Shown here in pieces: positions 28,998 through 37,940 of a DNA stretch of 64,000 bases. The notes beneath the pieces were generated by a model that searched no databases, had not been told where the DNA came from, and saw nothing but the letters and a program-made list of their open reading frames with translations. This DNA comes from Clostridiales bacterium. GTDB lineage: Bacteria > Bacillota > Clostridia > Oscillospirales > Oscillospiraceae. The translations under genes and the position numbers were made by a program. The DNA lies in assembly GCA_012520295.1 (NCBI GenBank), contig JAAYOP010000137.1:631-64630 (forward strand). Direction: 5' to 3'. The stretch's first letter is position 1, and every line of letters begins with the position of its first letter.

Positions 28998-29026
28998 TTG
29001 ACATGTATATAAAAATAAGTTATCAT
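28998..29026 (+). promoter_or_regulatory. candidate sigma-A promoter of the first transhydroxylase-like operon
   Basis: The sequence reads TTGACA-17 nt-TATCAT. It lies about 90 nt upstream of the ATG at 29119. Confidence 0.55.
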
Positions 29027-29118
29027 GTGATATGAAATAGTTATTATAAGTGAATGTAGAAGATATTGATTTTCCGGTGTCAATTTCATTTTAAAATCGG
29101 AAACGGGAGGTATATATA

Positions 29119-31845
29119 ATGGGTGTAAAGTTCAAACCTGATGTCCAAAACATAGTGAGCTACAGCCTAATGGGGCCAGAGAGTGGCGGCCCTTGTCTTG
29201 TCGAATCTACAGACGGCAAAATAACAAGAATAAGACCTTACGCATATGACATGGAGTACATCAAAGAAAACTGCAATCCATGGAAGATGGAAGCCAGAGG
29301 CAAGGTGTTTGAAGCCCCCAACCGGGCCACAATTACTCCCTTTGGTCTTGGCTACAAGTACAGGGTCTATTCGCCAAACCGGGTCAAATATCCCCTCAAG
29401 CGGGTGGACTGGGATCCAAAGGGTGAACGCAACCCACAAAACAGAGGTAAATCCGGCTATGTGCGTATCTCCTGGGATGAAGCGGCACAGATAGCCGCCG
29501 ATGAGCTGAAAAGGATTAAAGAAACCTATGGTCCGGAAGCCGTGCTCTGCCAGTCGGACATGCACGGCGAGGGCAAGAATATCGCCCCAAGCCACGGCTG
29601 TCCGAACCGGCTTTTGGCTTTGATGGGCGGCTATACTACCCAAATGCGGAATATGGATAGCTGGGAAGGCTGGTTTTGGGGAGCAAAGCATGTTTGGGGC
29701 TGCGAGCCTGTAGGTGAGATGATGCCCATGACGAACTTATACCCCGATATAGCTAAACATGCCGATTTGCTGCTTTTCTGGGGCTGCGACCCTGAAACGA
29801 CTCCCCTGGGTGTTGTCAGCCATATGCCCAGTCGACTGTGCTATTGGTTAACCGAAATAGGTTTAAAAAGCATTTATATCTGCCCGGATCTCAATTACGG
29901 TGCTGCCGTACATGCCGACAAATGGATACCTATCCTTCCCAATACCGACGTTGCCCTGCAGCTTGCAATCGCGTATATCTGGATTACCGAGGACACCTAT
30001 GATAAAGAGTATATAGATACCCACGCATATGGATTTGATAAGTTTGAGGATTATGTACTGGGCCGTGAGGATGGTATACCCAAGACACCTGAATGGGCTT
30101 CTGAGAAATGCGGTGTCCCCGAGTGGACAATCAAGGCTCTCGCCCGGGACTGGGCAAAAAAGACCGCCAGCATTTTGCACGGAAACGGTGGCCCCTACAT
30201 TCGCGGCCCCTACTCCACCGAACCCGCCCGGCTCGAGGTGATGCTGCTGGGAATGCGTGGCCTCGGAAAACCCGGCGTACACCAGGCAAAAATGATAGAA
30301 TGGAATATGTGGAACAAGGATTATCCCGTTCCCTATCAGGGGCAGTTTGTACCTCAGATGCCTCATATTTGCGATGCTTTGCGTACTGTGGACGGGGACG
30401 TGGGCCCGGAAATAAACTTAAGAAGGTTTTTGCTGACTCCTGAACAGGAGAAGCGCGCGCCTGAGCTCAAGGAGCTGTTCAAGCAGTTGCCGGCGCCCCT
30501 TCAATTCATTCCCCGCACCCTTATACACAAAGCCATATTGGACGGCCATGCGGAATGGTATGGACTGCAGTGCTTCAGCTCCAGCCAGATACCCGACGAG
30601 AATAATTACCGCAAGCCCACAACGGAATACCAGTTTGAAAAGATGGTATATCCCAGGCCCGGGCTATCGAGAATTCACATGATGTGGACCGATGCCCCGT
30701 GCAATGTTACATGCTGGAACAACGGGAATCTGCAAATCAAGGCAATGAGAAGTCCGGAGATTGAGTGCATAATTGCCCAGCACCCATGGCTTGAAAACGA
30801 CTGCTATTTTGCAGACCTTATATTCCCCGTTGCCACAAAGCACGAAATGATAGACATAGGAAACGATTTGAGCAGCGGCGGATATACCTCCGTCTATCTC
30901 ACAGGTAAGTGCTGCGAACCTATCGGCGAGTCTCTTTCCGACTTTGACGTGTGCGCAAAGGTTGCCGAAAAGTTGGGCAAGGAGTACTACGATGCCTATA
31001 CAGGAAACCTTTCTGATGAGGAAAAGGTGAGATTTTTCTACAAAGCAACCGGCTGTGAGGAGTATATGACCTGGGAAGAGTTCCAGGAGAGGAAAATATT
31101 TATCGTACCCTGCAAGCCAGACGCCCAGGAGCTTCCCGCCGGTCTGTATAATTTCTATAAAGACCCTGAAAATAACCCGCTTTCAACCCCTACCGGGCTG
31201 CTGGAATACTCGTCAACAGCGTTGGAAAAGCACTTTCCTGACGATCCTGAGCGGCCTCCGGTACCAAAGTGGATTGAAAAAAGCGAATCCCACGACGAGA
31301 GACTGTCAAGCGAACGTACAAATAAATATCCGTTGCTGTGTATGTCCAATCACGGAAGATGGCGCATGCATGCCCAGTGTGACGACATAGTCCCAAACCG
31401 CGAGGTTGAGACCATGAAAATACGCGCAAAGGACGGCTACCAGTATGAACCTCTGTGGCTGCATACCAGCGAAGCCGAAAAGCGTGGTATTAAGCACGGT
31501 GACATCGTTAAAGTTTTTAATGAACGTGGAACTGTGCTCTGCGGGGCCTATGTGACCGAGCGGCTTATACCAAACACCTGTTATGTGGACCACGGATCTC
31601 GGCTCGACCCCATCGTTCCCGGGGAATTGGACCGGGGTGGCTGCATAAATTCAATCACTCCCACCTCAATGACATCAAAAAAAGCTACCGGTATGGCCGT
31701 CAGCGGCTTTCTTGTGGAGGTTGCCAAGGTTACCGACGAGGAGATGGAGAGATGGAAGAGAGATTATCCTGAAGCCTTTGCCCGCAAGATTGACGAAGCC
31801 GCAGGCGTTTGTCTTGAAGGCTGGCTGATAAGCGATGACTGCTGA
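29119..31845 (+). CDS. molybdopterin (bis-MGD) oxidoreductase large subunit, divergent pyrogallol hydroxytransferase (AthL)-like paralog 1
   Basis: A 908-aa ORF belongs to the DMSO-reductase superfamily. It has no twin-arginine signal and no N-terminal Cys cluster. It shares AthL-type blocks with paralog 2 (ITRIRPY, NPQNRGKSGYVRISWDEA, DSWEGWFWG, TYDKEYI, GIPKTPEWA, MRGLGKPG, DRGGCIN). A strong GGGAGG RBS precedes it. Confidence 0.6.
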   Translation: MGVKFKPDVQNIVSYSLMGPESGGPCLVESTDGKITRIRPYAYDMEYIKENCNPWKMEARGKVFEAPNRATITPFGLGYKYRVYSPNRVKYPLKRVDWDPKGERNPQNRGKSGYVRISWDEAAQIAADELKRIKETYGPEAVLCQSDMHGEGKNIAPSHGCPNRLLALMGGYTTQMRNMDSWEGWFWGAKHVWGCEPVGEMMPMTNLYPDIAKHADLLLFWGCDPETTPLGVVSHMPSRLCYWLTEIGLKSIYICPDLNYGAAVHADKWIPILPNTDVALQLAIAYIWITEDTYDKEYIDTHAYGFDKFEDYVLGREDGIPKTPEWASEKCGVPEWTIKALARDWAKKTASILHGNGGPYIRGPYSTEPARLEVMLLGMRGLGKPGVHQAKMIEWNMWNKDYPVPYQGQFVPQMPHICDALRTVDGDVGPEINLRRFLLTPEQEKRAPELKELFKQLPAPLQFIPRTLIHKAILDGHAEWYGLQCFSSSQIPDENNYRKPTTEYQFEKMVYPRPGLSRIHMMWTDAPCNVTCWNNGNLQIKAMRSPEIECIIAQHPWLENDCYFADLIFPVATKHEMIDIGNDLSSGGYTSVYLTGKCCEPIGESLSDFDVCAKVAEKLGKEYYDAYTGNLSDEEKVRFFYKATGCEEYMTWEEFQERKIFIVPCKPDAQELPAGLYNFYKDPENNPLSTPTGLLEYSSTALEKHFPDDPERPPVPKWIEKSESHDERLSSERTNKYPLLCMSNHGRWRMHAQCDDIVPNREVETMKIRAKDGYQYEPLWLHTSEAEKRGIKHGDIVKVFNERGTVLCGAYVTERLIPNTCYVDHGSRLDPIVPGELDRGGCINSITPTSMTSKKATGMAVSGFLVEVAKVTDEEMERWKRDYPEAFARKIDEAAGVCLEGWLISDDC

Positions 31846-31871
31846 ATACTAAAACGAGAGAGGAGCAGCTT

Positions 31872-32687
31872 ATGTCAAAAGCACTTGTGATTGATGTAGC
31901 TCGCTGCAGCGGCTGCTATAACTGTCAGCTGGCCTGCAAGGACGAGCATGTCGGAAACGATTGGACTCCATATGCAAAACCGCAGCCTCAAATCGGACAG
32001 TTCTGGATCAAGGTCCATGAGAATGTCTGCGGAACAATTCCAAAGGTAAGAATACATTATATACCCAAGCTCTGTAATCACTGCAGAAAAGCTCCCTGCC
32101 TTGAAGCCTGTGAGCACAATGCGATATATCGCAGGGACGATGGATTTATTATCATTAACCCTGAGAAATGCACAGGCTGCAAAGCCTGTCAGGAGGCCTG
32201 TGAATATGACGCGATCTTCTACAATGAAGAGCTGAAAATTGCACAAAAATGTACAGGCTGTGCCCATCTGCTGGATCATGGCTATGAACTCCCGCGCTGC
32301 GTGGAGGCATGTCCTACAGACGCGATGAAATACGGGGAGGAAGAGGATTTAAAAGACTGGATTGAGGGTGCAACGGTAATGATACCCGAAACAGGCTGCC
32401 ATCCGAGAGTGTATTACAGAAACATACCCGGCAAATTCATAGCCGGTACCGTATACGACCCCATTGAGAAAGAGGTCATTATCGGCGCAAAATGCATCCT
32501 CAACTCTGGAGGCAAGGTTTGGCAGGTTAATACAGACGAATACGGAGATTTTTGGTTCGAGGACCTTCCCGTCGGTCTGTTTGACCTGGTAATCTCCGCC
32601 CCGGGATTTGAATATAAGGGCTTTTACAATCTTAAAACATCAAAGGATCTGAATTTGGGCGATATACCATTGGAAAGAGCAAAATAA
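31872..32687 (+). CDS. Fe-S small subunit (BthL-like) of paralog 1, with C-terminal Ig/carboxypeptidase-regulatory-like domain
   Basis: A 271-aa ORF has four Cys groups of 4Fe-4S type (CSGCYNCQLAC, CNHCRKAPC, CTGCKACQEAC, CTGCAHL...CVEAC). A beta-rich tail follows (GTVYDPIEKEVIIGAKCIL...GDFWFEDLPVG). Confidence 0.65.
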   Translation: MSKALVIDVARCSGCYNCQLACKDEHVGNDWTPYAKPQPQIGQFWIKVHENVCGTIPKVRIHYIPKLCNHCRKAPCLEACEHNAIYRRDDGFIIINPEKCTGCKACQEACEYDAIFYNEELKIAQKCTGCAHLLDHGYELPRCVEACPTDAMKYGEEEDLKDWIEGATVMIPETGCHPRVYYRNIPGKFIAGTVYDPIEKEVIIGAKCILNSGGKVWQVNTDEYGDFWFEDLPVGLFDLVISAPGFEYKGFYNLKTSKDLNLGDIPLERAK

Positions 32688-32693
32688 ACCCAC

Positions 32694-32721
32694 GGGGAAA
32701 CCATTTGCAAATGGTTTCCCC
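32694..32721 (+). terminator. strong hairpin after the first operon
   Basis: GGGGAAACCATTT-GC-AAATGGTTTCCCC is a perfect 13-bp inverted repeat 7 nt after the stop. The downstream U-tract is weak. Confidence 0.55.
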
Positions 32722-32896
32722 GATGTATTTGACACGGCGTTGCAATTGGCTTCTATTTCTTGGAAATATGGGCTGAAGTTAGTGGTAAATATGCAGAAAT
32801 TATGTATATATTGTTTTTGACTATGAACATGTTTTCTGATATACTGAATTGCAGACACAAAACAGCAATATCATCGGTAAAATAACCTTCGTACCC

Positions 32897-32927
32897 TTGA
32901 CATTGGAACAGTTCCATGGTTTATAAT
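32897..32927 (+). promoter_or_regulatory. MerR-type promoter (19-bp spacer with central dyad) of the second transhydroxylase operon
   Basis: The sequence reads TTGACA-19 nt-TATAAT. The spacer contains the dyad TTGGAAC-A-GTTCCAT. A 36-bp stretch (32894-32929) is 31/36 identical to 39710-39745. Confidence 0.6.
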
Positions 32928-32950
32928 AACAAAGTTATATCAGGTTACAT

Positions 32951-32976
32951 AAAACAGCCGCTCGTCGGCTGTTTCT
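32951..32976 (+). promoter_or_regulatory. terminator-like hairpin inside the 5' leader of the second transhydroxylase operon
   Basis: AAAACAGCCG-CTCGT-CGGCTGTTTCT lies between the MerR-type promoter and the RBS at 33014. Confidence 0.4.
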
Positions 32977-33028
32977 GATGACATTGCTGTATCTGTATAA
33001 TAAATTTAAAATATAGGAGGCTTTGTAT

Positions 33029-35596
33029 ATGGCTGAGAGAATCACCTATAGCATTTGTGTCGGTGGTCCGATTGCCGTTCACACCGAAAACGGTGTTATA
33101 AGGCGTATCAGACCTCTGATATTCGATGAGTCCGATCCGAAGCCATGGACCATCAAGGCTCGCGGCCGGGAATTCAGTCCGCCGAAACAGACGACGGTAT
33201 CACTGGTAGCTCTGCAGGAAAAGGACAGGACCTATGCGTACGATCGTCTGAAGTATCCCATGATTCGTGAGGACTTTGTCGAAACTCCCGACGGTAAAAA
33301 CCGAAATACGGAAAACCGCGGTAAGTCCGGTTACCGTCGCGCAACCTGGGATGAAGCACTGGATCTCATAACCCGCGAGATAAAAAGAATCCAGAAAACC
33401 TACGGTCAGGAAGGTGTTACCGCCTTGACAAGCTCCCACCACTCCTGGGGACTGGTGGGCTACAAGCTGAGCGCCTTTAAGAGGTTTTTTAACATGTTGG
33501 GCTATACCCGGGTAATCGATAACCCCGACTCCTGGGAAGGCTTCCACTGGGGCGCTACTCACACGTATGGCTACTGGTGGCGTTTGGGAGGGCCGGAGCC
33601 CTTTGATCTGCTTGAGGATGCTCTTCAAAATGTGGAAACAATGATAATGTGGTCTCACGACCCTGACACCACAAGAGGCGGCTATGCCGCAAACGAAAGC
33701 GCTATCTGGCGCCACTGGATGAAAGAGCTTGGAATACAGTTTATCTACATAGATCCGTTTAATAACTTCTCCAGTGTTAAAAACGGCGATAAGTGGATTG
33801 GTCCGAGAATGGGCACAGATGCGGCTCTGGCCGAAGCCATTGCGTATGTTTGGCTTACGGAAGGCACTTATGATAAGGAGTACATTGAAAAGCACGCTCA
33901 CAGGTTTGACGAGTGGGCAGATCACATCCTCGGCAAGGGAATTGACCGCACACCCAAAACACCCAAATGGGCGGAAGAGATCACCGGTGTTAAGGCGGCC
34001 GACATAAAGGCTATAGCCCGCCGCTGGGCCTCCACAAAAACAATGGGCGGTTCCGGAATGCGCGGCGGCTTCGGCGGCGTATGCCGTACTGTCGGAGGAG
34101 CCGATTTTTCACGCATTCTTGTATTGCTGTTTGCCATGCAGGGCATGGGCAAGCCCGGAAGAAATATGTGGACCGGCACAACCGGCGCTCCAATGGACTA
34201 TAATTTCTGGTTCGGCGGATATGCTGATCCTAAGTCCACCATTGCAGGTGCTCCCATTGCCGACTATACTCCGGAAAACCCGGTTAAACAGGTGCTTTAC
34301 CGCACAAACCTTCCGGATGCTATACTCGATGGCCACTATGAGTGGTATGGCGAAGGCTTCTGTGGCGGCTCTCTGGAAGAGCAGTTTACAGAGCATGTAT
34401 ATCCTTTGCCCGGCTACAACAGAGTTCATATGCTCTATCGTTACGGCGGCTCTTTCTTTGGCACCATGCTTGATACCAACAAGTGGGCAAAAATGTATAA
34501 GAGCCCCGAGCTTGAGTTCGTTGTAAATCAGGATATTTACTTTAACCCCGAAGCTCGCTTTGCAGATGTTATTCTGCCCGCCTGCACAAACCTCGAGCGC
34601 TATGACATCGGCGAGTTTTGTAATTCCGGTAACTCCGGTTACCAGAGCCATAGCCAGACCGGAAACAACTGGCAGGTCGTTGTGTTCCAGGATAAGGCCA
34701 TTGAGCCTCTGTGGGAGTCCCGCTCCGATTACTGGATTTTCTCGCAGCTGGCCGAACGCCTTGGCTTCGGTGAGAAGTATACCGAAGGACGCGATGAGCT
34801 GGCATGGTGCAAGCGTTTTTGGCAATTTAGTGATTTGAGTAAGAGAATCAGCTGGGAAGACTTTATGAAGAAGGGCTATTATGTAGCCGGTGTGCCCGAA
34901 AACTGGGAGCGCCACTATGGCTTCAGATGGTTTGCCGAAGGTTATCCCTGCGACACTCCAAACCATAAGCCTTTCCAGGAAGAAGGCAAGCTGGGTACGC
35001 TCACAGGCAAATTTGAGTTCGTTTCTGAGAGCCTACTCAAATACGCACCCGATGACGAGATTCGTACTCCCATTGCTTTCTACAAACACAGCTGGGAAGG
35101 ACACAAGTCCCTGCTTATCAAACGCTTCCCCTACGCTCTTATATCCCCTCACCCACGCTTTGACTATCATACCCACTACCAGCAGCACTGCATGTGGCTC
35201 TGGGAGATACCGCAGAACCGCAAGGTTGTCAACGGTAACCCCTATCAGGTTCTTCGCATCAATCCGAAAGTTGCAGAGGAAAAAGGCATCAAGGAAGGCG
35301 ACATTGTGCGTATGTACAATGACCGGGGATCCGTTCTCGGTGTTGCCCATATCACAAATCGCGTAAAGCCGGAAACAGTCCATATGTATGCTTCCTCAGG
35401 TATATATAACCCCGTAGTTTACGGTGAGATTTCAACTGACAAGGGCGGTTGCACAAATCTGCTCACACCGAGCCAGCTTATGGGCCGCAAGGCTCCCGGA
35501 ATGGTCCCGAATACAACGCTAGTTGATATCGAGAAATATGATGTTCCTGAGGAGTATGGTCAGGGATTTGAAAAAATATTAGAGGAGGTTAAATAA
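33029..35596 (+). CDS. athL: pyrogallol-phloroglucinol transhydroxylase large subunit-like Mo-bisMGD enzyme (paralog 2)
   Basis: The ORF encodes about 855 aa from the ATG at 33029 (AGGAGG 9 nt upstream). It has no Tat signal and no FS0 Cys motif. Extended blocks match my recollection of Pelobacter AthL (TSSHHSWGLVGY, NPDSWEGFHWG, PFDLLEDAL, TYDKEYIEKHAHRFDEWADHILGK, MQGMGKPGRNMW, ILPACTNLERYDIGEF, YNDRGSVLGVAH). The identity is from memory and no search was run. Confidence 0.7.
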   Translation: MAERITYSICVGGPIAVHTENGVIRRIRPLIFDESDPKPWTIKARGREFSPPKQTTVSLVALQEKDRTYAYDRLKYPMIREDFVETPDGKNRNTENRGKSGYRRATWDEALDLITREIKRIQKTYGQEGVTALTSSHHSWGLVGYKLSAFKRFFNMLGYTRVIDNPDSWEGFHWGATHTYGYWWRLGGPEPFDLLEDALQNVETMIMWSHDPDTTRGGYAANESAIWRHWMKELGIQFIYIDPFNNFSSVKNGDKWIGPRMGTDAALAEAIAYVWLTEGTYDKEYIEKHAHRFDEWADHILGKGIDRTPKTPKWAEEITGVKAADIKAIARRWASTKTMGGSGMRGGFGGVCRTVGGADFSRILVLLFAMQGMGKPGRNMWTGTTGAPMDYNFWFGGYADPKSTIAGAPIADYTPENPVKQVLYRTNLPDAILDGHYEWYGEGFCGGSLEEQFTEHVYPLPGYNRVHMLYRYGGSFFGTMLDTNKWAKMYKSPELEFVVNQDIYFNPEARFADVILPACTNLERYDIGEFCNSGNSGYQSHSQTGNNWQVVVFQDKAIEPLWESRSDYWIFSQLAERLGFGEKYTEGRDELAWCKRFWQFSDLSKRISWEDFMKKGYYVAGVPENWERHYGFRWFAEGYPCDTPNHKPFQEEGKLGTLTGKFEFVSESLLKYAPDDEIRTPIAFYKHSWEGHKSLLIKRFPYALISPHPRFDYHTHYQQHCMWLWEIPQNRKVVNGNPYQVLRINPKVAEEKGIKEGDIVRMYNDRGSVLGVAHITNRVKPETVHMYASSGIYNPVVYGEISTDKGGCTNLLTPSQLMGRKAPGMVPNTTLVDIEKYDVPEEYGQGFEKILEEVK

Positions 35597-35597
35597 C

Positions 35598-36434
35598 GTG
35601 AGATATGGTATAGCTATCGATACCGCCCGCTGCATGGCTTGCTACAACTGTTTCATGGCCTGCAAAGATGAGCACTGCGGTCATGCCTCCAAACTGTCCG
35701 CCCCCCAGCCCCATACGGGCCAGTTCTGGATGAACATAATCGAATGGGAACGCGGCGACAGACCTGGCAACATCAAAGTTGCAACTGTACCCACTCCCTG
35801 CTCACACTGCCAGGACCCGTCTTGCATGAAAGTGGCTAAAAACGGAGCCGTCTATAAAAGAGATGACGGTATAGTAATAATAGACCCAGAAAAATCAAAA
35901 GGCCAGAAAGCTATTGCCGACGCATGTCCCATAGGTGCAGCCTTCTGGAATGAGGAGCTTCAAATAGCTCAAAAGTGCACAATGTGCGCGGAGCTGCTTG
36001 ATGAAGGCTATAAAATGCCCCGCTGCGTGGAATCTTGTCCAAATCAGGCGTTGATTTTCGGTGATTTGGACGATCCCAACAGCGAAATATCCAAAAAAAT
36101 CGCTGCCGGCAAGGTAACACCTCTAAAGGGACTCGAGGGAATTGAAACAAACGTAGTACATCTGAATATACCCAGCGTCTTTCTTGCCGGTACAGTTTAT
36201 CTGCCGGATGATGAAGTGGCAATTGGCGCCAGTGTAACTCTGACCTGCAAGGAAACCGGCTCGGTATTCAAAACAGAGACGAATTGGGCCGGGGACTGGG
36301 AAGCAGAGGACCTGGAAAAGGACAAGGAGTTCGACATAGTCATTGAAATGGACGGTTACAAGCCGGTTAAGCTGTCTGCCAAAACCGACACGGATCATTT
36401 TGTTGACGAAACATTGCTTGAACCCGCAAAATAG
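35598..36434 (+). CDS. bthL: transhydroxylase small Fe-S subunit-like protein (paralog 2)
   Basis: A 278-aa ORF starts at GTG 2 nt after the alpha stop. It has ferredoxin-type Cys groups (CMACYNCFMAC, CSHCQDPSC, CTMCAEL...CVESC) and a C-terminal beta domain (GTVYLPDDEVAIGASVTL). Confidence 0.7.
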   Translation: MRYGIAIDTARCMACYNCFMACKDEHCGHASKLSAPQPHTGQFWMNIIEWERGDRPGNIKVATVPTPCSHCQDPSCMKVAKNGAVYKRDDGIVIIDPEKSKGQKAIADACPIGAAFWNEELQIAQKCTMCAELLDEGYKMPRCVESCPNQALIFGDLDDPNSEISKKIAAGKVTPLKGLEGIETNVVHLNIPSVFLAGTVYLPDDEVAIGASVTLTCKETGSVFKTETNWAGDWEAEDLEKDKEFDIVIEMDGYKPVKLSAKTDTDHFVDETLLEPAK

Positions 36435-36443
36435 AATCTTTTT

Positions 36444-36472
36444 GTCTCTGCGGGATAATATCCCGCAGAGAC
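36444..36472 (+). terminator. perfect 13-bp hairpin after bthL-like gene (no U-tract)
   Basis: GTCTCTGCGGGAT-AAT-ATCCCGCAGAGAC lies 10 nt after the stop. It is either an intercistronic structure or a weak terminator. Confidence 0.4.
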
Positions 36473-36634
36473 AATCTGACATTTGGATAATCAAAGTATC
36501 ACTGGGCACGACACAGAACCGGAGCCCGGATATCTGCGTGCCGCATGCTTTAACCTGCGGCAGTTGTGCGCAAAAGTATTTTATTGGAATTTGTAACATA
36601 CAGAAAAATGTTGCGCAGAATGGAGTAAATAAGA

Positions 36635-37834
36635 ATGCGTGATGTAGTAATAGTAGAAGCATGTCGTACCGCAGTTGGCAAAATTGGCGGTACTCTTAAG
36701 GATATTCCTGCCGAGGAGCTTGCCCGCGTTGTCGTTCAAGGCATACTCGACAGAAGTAAAATTGACCCCAAGGATATAAACGAAGTTATGATGGGCCACT
36801 GCCGTCAAACTTCCGATAATCCAAATATTGCCCGAATAGTTGCCCTGCGGTGCGGGATTCCCGAAGAGGTGCCCGCCAAGACCATTATGCGCCAGTGCGC
36901 TTCGGCTATGACTGCCGTAGTGGATGGCGTCATGAGCATACAGGTAGAGGACAATGACGTGGTATTAGCCGGAGGGACAGAGAGCATGTCCACTGCCGTC
37001 TTTTATATCCGCGGCGCCCGCTACGGACTGGGCACAGGCAATACAACTCTGGTAGACTCACTCACGGAAGGGCAGTTCCAGAGCCAGCCTCAGGAGATAT
37101 ACGGATCTTATAATATGGGTGTGACCGCCGATAACGTTGCTGCCAAATTAAACATTTCCCGCGAAGACGCCGATGCTTTTGCCCTTCAGAGCCAGCTTCG
37201 CGCCGCCAAGGCAATCAAAGAAGGTAAATTCAAGGATGAAATCGTACCCGTTATAGTCCCGCAGAGGAAAAAGGATCCCATCGTTTTCGATACTGATGAA
37301 TTCCCGAGAGAAACCAGCATGGAGAAGCTTGCAAAACTAAAGCCTGCTTTTACAAAAGACGGTATAACAACTGCGGGTAATTCCTCCGGCAGAAATGACG
37401 GCGCTTCCGCACTCCTTATAATGTCTGCCGACAAGGCAAAGGAGCTGGGACTCAAGCCCCTTGCGAGATTTGTCAGCTATGCCACAACCGGCCTGGACCC
37501 GCGCATAATGGGCTTAGGCCCTGTTGAAGCCACTAAGAAGGCGCTGAAAAGAGCAAATCTGACCCTTGATGACATAGAGCTTATAGAGCTCAACGAAGCT
37601 TTTGCCGCCCAGTCCATCGGTTGTATCCGTGAGCTCGGCATTGAAGACAAAATGGATATTATAAATGTCAATGGCGGAGCTATCGCCCTTGGTCATCCTG
37701 TCGGCTCCTCCGGTTGCCGAATAATAGTGACCCTTCTCAATGAGATGCGTCGCAGGGGTAATAAATACGGTTTGGCGACTCTCTGTGTTGCCGGCGGTAT
37801 GGGGCAGGCCGTAATTATTGAAGCACTGTATTAA
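36635..37834 (+). CDS. acetyl-CoA C-acetyltransferase (thiolase), second copy
   Basis: A 399-aa ORF has thiolase signatures ([29 protein letters not shown]). Confidence 0.9.
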   Translation: MRDVVIVEACRTAVGKIGGTLKDIPAEELARVVVQGILDRSKIDPKDINEVMMGHCRQTSDNPNIARIVALRCGIPEEVPAKTIMRQCASAMTAVVDGVMSIQVEDNDVVLAGGTESMSTAVFYIRGARYGLGTGNTTLVDSLTEGQFQSQPQEIYGSYNMGVTADNVAAKLNISREDADAFALQSQLRAAKAIKEGKFKDEIVPVIVPQRKKDPIVFDTDEFPRETSMEKLAKLKPAFTKDGITTAGNSSGRNDGASALLIMSADKAKELGLKPLARFVSYATTGLDPRIMGLGPVEATKKALKRANLTLDDIELIELNEAFAAQSIGCIRELGIEDKMDIINVNGGAIALGHPVGSSGCRIIVTLLNEMRRRGNKYGLATLCVAGGMGQAVIIEALY

Positions 37835-37860
37835 AAAATAATACATAATTACAAATTTTA

Positions 37861-37869
37861 TGATATAAT
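37861..37869 (+). promoter_or_regulatory. extended -10 element (TGaTATAAT) upstream of the SDR gene
   Basis: TGATATAAT lies about 72 nt upstream of the ATG at 37941. No good -35 element is present. Confidence 0.35.
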
Positions 37870-37940
37870 ATAACATGTCTTTGTTTTTGGTGCTAAAATA
37901 GAGTTCAAGGACAACGCTTTAATGGAAGGACGGAGAAGAA

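Noticed and set aside
36473-36634. A search for a third copy of the TTGGAAC-N-GTTCCA MerR-type module upstream of the second thiolase gene. A partial TTGGAAT is present near 36585.
   Set aside because: There is no matching right half-site and no -35/-10 pair with a 19-bp spacer. The thiolase is more likely read through from the upstream operon or has an unrelated promoter.
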